Assembly: GCA_016214565.1 (NCBI GenBank)
Contig: JACROE010000002.1
Span: forward strand, 408,007-472,006
Length of the DNA: 64,000 bases
From: Candidatus Kerfeldbacteria bacterium
Lineage (GTDB): Bacteria; Patescibacteriota; Patescibacteriia; UBA10025; JAHIVO01
Reading direction: 5' to 3'
Shown: positions 57,501-64,000 of the stretch, piece after piece
Numbering within the stretch: the first letter of the stretch is position 1
Layout of the letters: the number at the start of each line of letters is the position of its first letter
The notes under the pieces: model-generated
The model's database searches: none
What the model was told of the DNA's origin: nothing
Seen by the model: only the letters and a program-made list of their open reading frames with translations
Translations under genes and position numbers: made by a program

Positions 57501-59147
57501 TTGGTACCGTCCCGTGCTAAGCTGCTTATGAGCAGTCTCCGCCTCCATGCTTGGTGGGGACTGCTGCGTCTGAATCTACTTACGATGCTTTTCATTTCCC
57601 AAACTACTCGTCGATTCTTCCCCTGGGCATTGCTTCTAGTCGGCAGTCTGGGGATTTTTATATGGATACAATCAATTGATACATTTCCTGATCCGGATTC
57701 GTTTTATCATATCGAAATGTCCAGGCAAATTGCTGCGCAGGGAGTGATGACCACCTTTCCCTGGCTTCAAGTTTCGACGCTGCGGGATGCCTATATTGAT
57801 CAGCATTTTTTGTATCACGTTTTTTTGATTCCTTTTACGCACTTTTTTGATCCCATTCAAGGAACTAAATTCGCCCACGTGCTGTTGAATACCGGCTTTA
57901 TTATGTTGGCGTATGGATTGCTGCGGCGCGAGCGTGTGCCTGGAGCATTTTGGTTCGCCGTGCTTCTCCTTGCTTCTTCTCCATTTATGTTTCGACTGAA
58001 CCTGGTGAAGGCGCCGGTCGTTTCATTATTATTTTTAGTTGGTGGATTGTATTTATTGTTTCGCTATCGGTATGTGCCGTTATTTTTCTTGGCAGCCGGG
58101 TATGTATGGGCGTACGGCGGGTTTAGCATTTTGATCATGGCAAGCGGGTTTTACGCTTTCGTCAGTTTAGTGCTGGATGCGTTTCGGCTCGGCGGGCGTT
58201 TAGCCTGGCCGAACATTTTGCGGGCAAGCAAAGAGCTGCGGATGCTCGGCGTCGTCTTAGCGGGTACCACCGTAGGAATTTTTATTAACCCTCATTTTCC
58301 CGTTAATCTTCAATTTTATTGGCAGCAATTTGTTCAGATCGGAGTGGTAAACTATCAGAAAGTTATTGCGGTAGGTGGTGAATGGTACCCATACCAATGG
58401 CTTAATTTATTGACCAGCACCGCCTTGATCACCGTTTTAGTATTATCTTCTCTGGTTCTGGGTGCTGCTTTTTGGCGGAGACTGGGGCGCAAACAATTGA
58501 CACTCGCCCTTCTGTTTATTGTATTTTTGGTGTTCACTCTCAAGTCAAAACGTTACGTGGAATATTACGTCCCCGTCGCCGTTATTTTTAGTGCGATGAT
58601 GTTCCGGGCTGTCGCTGGGGATCATTGGAAACAAGAGTGGTTGCCCCTGCTGCGTCGTTGGACCCGACAGTATTTGATCGTGACTATTATTGTAAGCCTT
58701 TATTTAGTCATTGGCAGTGTGGCGATTATGACCAAAGACGTCAAACGACTGCATCAAGATTATCTGAGTGGTATTTCGACTGAACGATTCGCCGGTGTAG
58801 GGGCGTGGATGCGTGATCATATCACCACTGGCGCCATCGTTTTCCATTCAAGCTGGGATGAGTTCCCCATTTTATTTTATCGCAGTCCCCAGGCGTATTA
58901 CATCGCCGGCCTTGATCCGACCTTTTCCTACACGTATAATGTCGATTTGTGGAATAGTATCGTCGATATTACGACGGGAAAGCAAAAGGAGGGCATCTAT
59001 CAGACGATTCGCGATACGTTTCACGCGCAATATGTTTTTGTGGAATCCAATCATGCAGCGTTCAACTCTGCGGTGAAGCGGACGGACGGGTTTCGCCAAG
59101 TGTATCGCGACGGTGAGGCGATTATTTATGAAGTGGTGTCTGAATAA
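57501..59147 (+). CDS. GT-C-fold glycosyltransferase-like polytopic membrane protein
   Basis: About 12+ TM helices. The first-loop acidic motif DPDSFYHIEMSRQIAAQG resembles the ArnT/PMT signature, and there is a large C-terminal soluble domain. Confidence 0.5.
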   Translation: MVPSRAKLLMSSLRLHAWWGLLRLNLLTMLFISQTTRRFFPWALLLVGSLGIFIWIQSIDTFPDPDSFYHIEMSRQIAAQGVMTTFPWLQVSTLRDAYIDQHFLYHVFLIPFTHFFDPIQGTKFAHVLLNTGFIMLAYGLLRRERVPGAFWFAVLLLASSPFMFRLNLVKAPVVSLLFLVGGLYLLFRYRYVPLFFLAAGYVWAYGGFSILIMASGFYAFVSLVLDAFRLGGRLAWPNILRASKELRMLGVVLAGTTVGIFINPHFPVNLQFYWQQFVQIGVVNYQKVIAVGGEWYPYQWLNLLTSTALITVLVLSSLVLGAAFWRRLGRKQLTLALLFIVFLVFTLKSKRYVEYYVPVAVIFSAMMFRAVAGDHWKQEWLPLLRRWTRQYLIVTIIVSLYLVIGSVAIMTKDVKRLHQDYLSGISTERFAGVGAWMRDHITTGAIVFHSSWDEFPILFYRSPQAYYIAGLDPTFSYTYNVDLWNSIVDITTGKQKEGIYQTIRDTFHAQYVFVESNHAAFNSAVKRTDGFRQVYRDGEAIIYEVVSE

Positions 59148-59149
59148 AT

Positions 59150-60346
59150 ATGCGAATACGGCTTATTACCTGGGGAGTATTGGTAATCGTTAGTTGCTGC
59201 GCCATGGTAGTACTATGGGCGCCTGATTTCATTCAGGTGCCATTTGGGAGCGAGGGAGCGAAAGCGCGATTGATCCGGGATGATCACGAGCTTGATATTT
59301 TTTATCAGCGGGGTTCATGGGTGACGCGCGGTATAACACCGTATGATGCCAGTATTTTTCAGGAATATCCGCAGGCAGGTTTAGCCTATATTACGCTACC
59401 CTATTTGTTTGGCAACGAGTATGAGACGTATCGTTGGGTATTGGTTGTCATGAATACGGTGACGCTGGTTAGCCTGGTCGTCATCAGCCTGCGCCTCTTA
59501 AAAAAACTTAATCGTTCCCCTTGGTATATTTTTTTACTACTCCTGCCCTCGATGCTGTATTTTGGGTTGAGTCGGTTTGATGTGCTGGTCGCATTAGCAG
59601 TTCAGATTGGATTATTATTGATATTGAGTCATCGATGGCGTTGGGCCGCGATTTTGTTTGCCGTCGCTTTTTTAATTAAATGGTATCCCATTATTTTTCT
59701 CCCGTTGTTGTATGCATATATCAAGCAGACCGAGGGAGAGCGAGCCAGCCGAGTGATACGAGAATTTTATTTGATTGGGGTGAGTATCGTGGCGAGCGTG
59801 TTGGTCGCCAGCTTTGTTGTTGATGGATTCGTTTCATTGCGTCCGTATTTGTTTCATGGAGCTCGAGCTGGCGGTGTTGGCAGTTTATATTTTATGCTGT
59901 TGCAAGGCCCCCTGCTGTCTACTGGCATCCCACCATTGAATTATTTAGGGCTCACTGTTTTTCTGCTGCTGCAGGTCAGTCTTCCGTTGTATGCACTCGT
60001 ACAATGGCGGGTGGTTGCTCAGTGGCTCATAACACCACGTCAGCTGATTCTCTGGATGAGTTTGGCGACGGTTTTGTTTACTTTATTTTCTCGATTTTAT
60101 TCACCACAGTGGATCGTCTGGTTTGTGCCACTCTTGTTGCTGGTGGCCGACAAACGGCTTGCCGGGTTGATCATCGGGTACGATATTTTAAATTATGTAA
60201 GTTTTCCTTTGATTTGGCAGGTGTGGGGCCCATTTTCAACTGGATATTTATGTATATCCCTCGTGATCATAGTTTGTTTAGTGCTGATTGTGAGACGAGT
60301 TTTTTTGCTAATATTAGATAAAAAAGAACTTGCTCCATCTGAATGA
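59150..60346 (+). CDS. polytopic membrane protein (putative GT-C/DUF2029-like glycosyltransferase)
   Basis: About 10 TM helices. Start is 3 nt after the preceding stop. No soluble domain. Confidence 0.4.
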   Translation: MRIRLITWGVLVIVSCCAMVVLWAPDFIQVPFGSEGAKARLIRDDHELDIFYQRGSWVTRGITPYDASIFQEYPQAGLAYITLPYLFGNEYETYRWVLVVMNTVTLVSLVVISLRLLKKLNRSPWYIFLLLLPSMLYFGLSRFDVLVALAVQIGLLLILSHRWRWAAILFAVAFLIKWYPIIFLPLLYAYIKQTEGERASRVIREFYLIGVSIVASVLVASFVVDGFVSLRPYLFHGARAGGVGSLYFMLLQGPLLSTGIPPLNYLGLTVFLLLQVSLPLYALVQWRVVAQWLITPRQLILWMSLATVLFTLFSRFYSPQWIVWFVPLLLLVADKRLAGLIIGYDILNYVSFPLIWQVWGPFSTGYLCISLVIIVCLVLIVRRVFLLILDKKELAPSE

Positions 60347-60428
60347 ATGGCGTATACTTTTGGCAGATTGTGAGTTCTGTGTGATTTGGCCAGCTACCCG
60401 ATAAGATAGAAGAAAGTGACCGCACCCT

Positions 60429-61892
60429 ATGCTCAATCGCGCTTTCGCCGCAGACATTCAAAAAAAACCGGCTCGTCAAAATGTCGTGATGAGGTTTGCC
60501 ATTACCTTGTCCATTATTTTTTTTCTATTCACGTTATTGGCGCTCTTTACTGCCCAGCGTCATGTGAGTGAACTCACGGTGACGACTGGCTTCATGGTAG
60601 TCAACACCCGGGCCGTCAGTTTGTTGTTGGCCGCTATTTTTTTGGTGTACGCATTATTTTTTTGGAAATGCAGGCGCTCTGTTCAGGAAAAAAATGGATG
60701 GCGCTGGATATGTATTGGTGCCGTGCTATTTATTGCCATTCTCTTGGTAAGCCCGCCATTTCTCTCCGCTGATGTATACGGATATGTCGTGCGTAGTATT
60801 ATAACCACCAACCACGAGATTAATCCCTACCAGATCGCACCTGCTGAATTAGGGTACAGCTCAATCGTCATCTGGCCTGAGCAAGTGATGCGATATGGCC
60901 CCGTGTATGTGCTCTATAGCCTTGGTCTAACTCGAGTAGCAGGCGATTCAATTGCCCTCAATGTAATAATCTATCGTCTAGCAAATATAGGTTGGTTAGT
61001 TCTCTCAAGCTGGTTGATATATAAAATTTTACTGGTTCGTTCTCGTGAGGCCGCTCGAATTGGCACTGCATTTTTTTTATGGAACCCTTTTATATTATTT
61101 GAAGTAGTTCACTCCGCGCATAATGATATTATGCTATTGGTTGCCGTATTGGGCGCACTTTTTTTGATTCAACGCCAACGGTACCTGTATGCAATTTGGG
61201 TATTGTTGGTTGGTGCTTTAATCAAATATAGCTTAATCGTTTTGATTCCCTTCGTTGTTGTCTTGATTTTTCGGCAGACGGCGATATGGTGGAAAAAGAT
61301 TGTGACTATCATTGGCGCAATTTTGGGCGCCACTATTTTTACCGCTGTTGCGTATTGGCCGTTTGGCGGCTGGTCGTCAAATGTAGAAAATTTGCGAGGG
61401 GCATTTTATAGCCTTGAATTTATCACGCTGCCAAAAGCAGTGGTGTTAAGCTTGGTGCACCTGTTGGGCGATTGGTTTTCGCTTGATCCCGCGCAGCTTG
61501 GTTGGATGACGCGGAATGCCTATGTTGGCGTTTTTGTTCTCATTTTGCTGGCTGCCCTGTGTCTGCCTGGCCGTTCCTGGCGATTTGAAAGTTTAGTTAA
61601 GCGTTTTTTTTGGGTACTGCTGATGCTTGTGATGCTTCTCAGTATCAAGCTTAATATTTGGTATCTCGTTTGGATACTGCCATTAGCCCTACTGGTTGAT
61701 AGCACAATCTATATTTGGAATTTTGTGCTCCTAACCGCTTTTGGGCTATTATTTTATAATGAAATGGGCGTGTTCGTTGTAACAGTTCTGCTCTGGATTT
61801 CGATGGTATTGGTTAAGCTATTTGATTTTTCTCAATTTCGCTTAGGTCTAATGCCGAAAAAATTGTCAGAAATTAAACATGATATCAAATAA
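60429..61892 (+). CDS. polytopic membrane protein (putative GT-C-like glycosyltransferase)
   Basis: About 12 TM helices with aromatic-rich loops. Overlaps the downstream GT2 gene by 14 nt. Confidence 0.4.
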   Translation: MLNRAFAADIQKKPARQNVVMRFAITLSIIFFLFTLLALFTAQRHVSELTVTTGFMVVNTRAVSLLLAAIFLVYALFFWKCRRSVQEKNGWRWICIGAVLFIAILLVSPPFLSADVYGYVVRSIITTNHEINPYQIAPAELGYSSIVIWPEQVMRYGPVYVLYSLGLTRVAGDSIALNVIIYRLANIGWLVLSSWLIYKILLVRSREAARIGTAFFLWNPFILFEVVHSAHNDIMLLVAVLGALFLIQRQRYLYAIWVLLVGALIKYSLIVLIPFVVVLIFRQTAIWWKKIVTIIGAILGATIFTAVAYWPFGGWSSNVENLRGAFYSLEFITLPKAVVLSLVHLLGDWFSLDPAQLGWMTRNAYVGVFVLILLAALCLPGRSWRFESLVKRFFWVLLMLVMLLSIKLNIWYLVWILPLALLVDSTIYIWNFVLLTAFGLLFYNEMGVFVVTVLLWISMVLVKLFDFSQFRLGLMPKKLSEIKHDIK

Positions 61893-62850
61893 AAAAATTG
61901 CAGTTGTTGTTCCGGCCCATAATGAGGCAGATCATATCGCCGAGGTAATACGATCAATGCCGTCATTTGTGGATCATATTGTTATTGTGGATGATTACAG
62001 CAGTGATCAGACAGTGAATATCGTTACATCCATGCAAGCAAGCGATGCGGGAGATCGCTGTATTATCTTACGGCATACGTATAATCAAGGAGTTGGCGCG
62101 GCGATCGCGACCGGCTATCGGTGGGCGAACGAACATCAGGTGCCGGTGACGACAGTGATGGCGGGTGATGGGCAAATGGATCCGGCTGAATTAGCACATA
62201 TTATTGCCCCGGTGGTGGATGGTCAAGCGGAATATGTGAAAGGCAACCGGTTGATTTACGCTGATGTGTGGAATGTGATGCCGAAATATCGTTTTTTGGG
62301 GAATTCTTTTTTATCATTATTGACTAAAATTGCTTCCGGATATTGGAAAATGGTCGATTCACAAACCGGCTATACTGCGATTAGTCTTCAGACGTTGCAG
62401 CGGATTGACCTGAAGGCGCTGTATCCATCCTATGGGTTTCCTAATGATCTACTCGTTAAATTGAATGTCATTAATGCCCGCGTGGTTGAGATACCAATTC
62501 GACCTATTTATGCCGGACAAAAATCGGGCATACGCTTGAGCAGTGTCATCCCGAGAATATCGTGGTTGCTATTACGGGGTTTTGTGTGGCGGTTATGGGT
62601 GAAATATGTCGTGCGTGATTTCCACCCGCTTGTCTTTTTTTACAGCTTTGGCATTTTGTTTTTCAGCATTGGATCACTTTTCGGCTTATATCTGGTTGTG
62701 TATCGTTTAGCCGCCGGGCCCGTCTCCACCACCAGCGCATTATTTGCTTCATTATTTTTTATTTCGGGACTTCAGTCATTATTCTTTGCCATGTGGTTTG
62801 ACATGGAGGATAATAAGGAATTATTTATCAAGCGAGACGATCGGCGATGA
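61879..62850 (+). CDS. GT2 polyprenyl-phosphate sugar synthase (Dpm1/GtrB/ArnC-like) with C-terminal TM helices
   Basis: IAVVVPAHNEADHI, DD..SDQT (DxD-type), and two C-terminal TM helices. Confidence 0.8.
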   Translation: MISNKKIAVVVPAHNEADHIAEVIRSMPSFVDHIVIVDDYSSDQTVNIVTSMQASDAGDRCIILRHTYNQGVGAAIATGYRWANEHQVPVTTVMAGDGQMDPAELAHIIAPVVDGQAEYVKGNRLIYADVWNVMPKYRFLGNSFLSLLTKIASGYWKMVDSQTGYTAISLQTLQRIDLKALYPSYGFPNDLLVKLNVINARVVEIPIRPIYAGQKSGIRLSSVIPRISWLLLRGFVWRLWVKYVVRDFHPLVFFYSFGILFFSIGSLFGLYLVVYRLAAGPVSTTSALFASLFFISGLQSLFFAMWFDMEDNKELFIKRDDRR

Positions 62851-62897
62851 TGAAGCGTGGACACATGATATTTGAGTACATAACGATTTAATCCAAT

Positions 62898-63821
62898 ATG
62901 CCGGTAACTCATTTAGTGAAGCGCGCGCTGCGGATTCTGATGGGAGTTATTGTGGCCGCTTCAATATGTGTACCACTATTTTCATATTGGACGGACGTAC
63001 GTGCGGCATTTGTTCATTTGAAATTTGGCCATTTGTCCGTCGCGTTCATCAGTATGGTTGCTAGTTTTTTGTGGTTGGCGTGGTGCTGGCACCGTTTGGC
63101 CAAGCCGGGTGGATTTCAACCGGGTATGCGTCAGGCGCTGTTTTTATATTCTCAAACCGCGCTGATACGGTATATCCCGGGCAATATTTTTGGGCTGGCA
63201 GCAAAAGCTCTGATGATGCGTCGTTGGGGGGTTCGTCCGCAACAAGCCATGTATTTGATGGTGTATGAATCGGGGGTGCTCTTGTGGTCGGGTATGATTA
63301 CTTTTTTTCTCGTATCATTTCTGATTCCAGAAACAGCATTATTGCGTTGGCTCATTGGCATTTTGTGTTTCGTGGCCGCTTTATTTCTTTTTTACCCGAT
63401 GCGCTTTGTTCAATTATTATACTGGATTAAACCATCACTCTCAGTGCAAATCGTTCCCGATCAATCTCGAGTAACAACGGTACTCACCTATCTGGGGTAC
63501 TGGGCATTAACGGGCCTGAGCTTTGCGTATGGTATTACCGCCGCAGGGGAAAGCATTCCTCATCACCTTCTGCAATCCATTGGCATTTTTGCCGTGAGCT
63601 GGGTAATTGGTTTTTTAGTGCTCATTACCCCTTCGGGCGTTGGCATTCGAGAATGGTGTATGGTACTGTTACTTCAGCAGTCAATTCCGATCGCCATCGC
63701 GATTACTATTGCGTTTGTAGCCCGCATTATTTTCATTTTCAGCGAACTGGTGGCATATGGACTGACTTATTTAATTGTATTTATTTCATCTTCTGATGTC
63801 AGAGCGCATGACAACATATGA
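62898..63821 (+). CDS. flippase-like / lysylphosphatidylglycerol-synthase-TM-like (UPF0104) membrane protein
   Basis: About 8 TM helices and the YIPGNIFGLAAKALMMRRWGV motif typical of this flippase-like domain, next to a GT2. Confidence 0.6.
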   Translation: MPVTHLVKRALRILMGVIVAASICVPLFSYWTDVRAAFVHLKFGHLSVAFISMVASFLWLAWCWHRLAKPGGFQPGMRQALFLYSQTALIRYIPGNIFGLAAKALMMRRWGVRPQQAMYLMVYESGVLLWSGMITFFLVSFLIPETALLRWLIGILCFVAALFLFYPMRFVQLLYWIKPSLSVQIVPDQSRVTTVLTYLGYWALTGLSFAYGITAAGESIPHHLLQSIGIFAVSWVIGFLVLITPSGVGIREWCMVLLLQQSIPIAIAITIAFVARIIFIFSELVAYGLTYLIVFISSSDVRAHDNI

Positions 63822-64000
63822 ACGCTATACCGTGTGGGCCGTTTCAATCGTGCTCGTGGTCGTAACCGCACTCCCATTTATTTTTGGCTATCTTCAGCGC
63901 CCGGTGGGCATGGTTTTTACCGGCCTGCATCATCTCGCGCCGGGGGATACCAATGTATTTCTTTCCATGATTGAACAAGTGCGACAGGGGGAAGGCGTTT
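63808..64000 (+). CDS. 5' part of a membrane protein gene running off the right edge
   Basis: MTTYERYTVWAVSIVLVVVTALPFIFGYLQRPVGMVFTGLHHLAPGDTNVFLSMIEQVRQGEGV..., one TM helix and then an open frame to the window end. Overlaps the preceding gene by 14 nt. Confidence 0.4.
   Translation, partial: MTTYERYTVWAVSIVLVVVTALPFIFGYLQRPVGMVFTGLHHLAPGDTNVFLSMIEQVRQGEGV

Noticed and set aside
1-64000. CRISPR arrays, prophage, IS elements, diversity-generating retroelements
   Set aside because: No regularly spaced direct repeats, no integrase, transposase, recombinase or reverse-transcriptase-like ORFs, and no near-identical template/variable repeat pairs noticed by eye. A computational repeat scan would be needed to be certain.

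Overview
This 64-kb window looks like a compact, gene-dense bacterial chromosome segment on both strands. The small, often overlapping genes, minimal signalling proteins, type IV pilus machinery, surface-glycosylation genes and alpha-glucan genes read like a genome-reduced Candidate Phyla Radiation/Patescibacteria-type organism; that lineage call is inference only.

Main contents in order:
1. A minus-strand type IV pilus operon (histidine kinase, receiver, PilB, PilC, PilM, pilin) facing a divergent PilT (168-7447).
2. A tRNA cluster (Arg-TCG, Val-TAC, Ala-TGC), with a small GIY-YIG nuclease gene sitting on the 5' end of tRNA-Arg between 17-nt direct repeats.
3. A surface-polysaccharide/glycosylation module (two Wzy/O-antigen-ligase-like proteins, a GT-C/GT39-like transferase, GT4, Wzx flippase; 8788-15589).
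4. A three-gene cell-envelope operon: a SpoIID/LytB-domain protein with an internal duplication, a protein made of five tandem ~44-aa repeats that I do not recognise, and a polytopic membrane protein (15872-19205).
5. Two diverged paralogs that each carry two GcrA-like HTH repeats, bracketed by a 39-nt duplicated copy of the queA 3' end (19214-20650).
6. Housekeeping genes: queA, ruvB, a Nif3-like protein, VanW-like, DUF3006, Hsp20, tRNA-Glu, tsaD, valS, a second GspE/PilB ATPase, nrnA-like DHH, tsaE.
7. The chromosomal origin neighbourhood: yidC-yidD-rnpA-rpmH on the minus strand, then dnaA and dnaN on the plus strand, with DnaA boxes in the dnaA-dnaN spacer. rpmH is too short to appear in the ORF track and was found by translation.
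8. PBP1A, a ROK kinase and tyrS.
9. An unusual alpha-glucan cluster: two glgA genes, two tandem GH57 genes, two APH-like kinase-fold proteins, a GalT/HIT-like nucleotidyltransferase and a PGI/PMI, with no glgC, glgB or glgP in the window.
10. ruvC and yebC.
11. A second glycosylation module (GT-C-like membrane proteins, a GT2 polyprenyl-phosphate-sugar synthase, a flippase-like protein).

I found no CRISPR array, integrase, transposase or reverse transcriptase. All functional calls rest on motif recognition by eye; I could not run BLAST or HMM searches. Coordinates of features not taken from the ORF track are good to within a few nucleotides.
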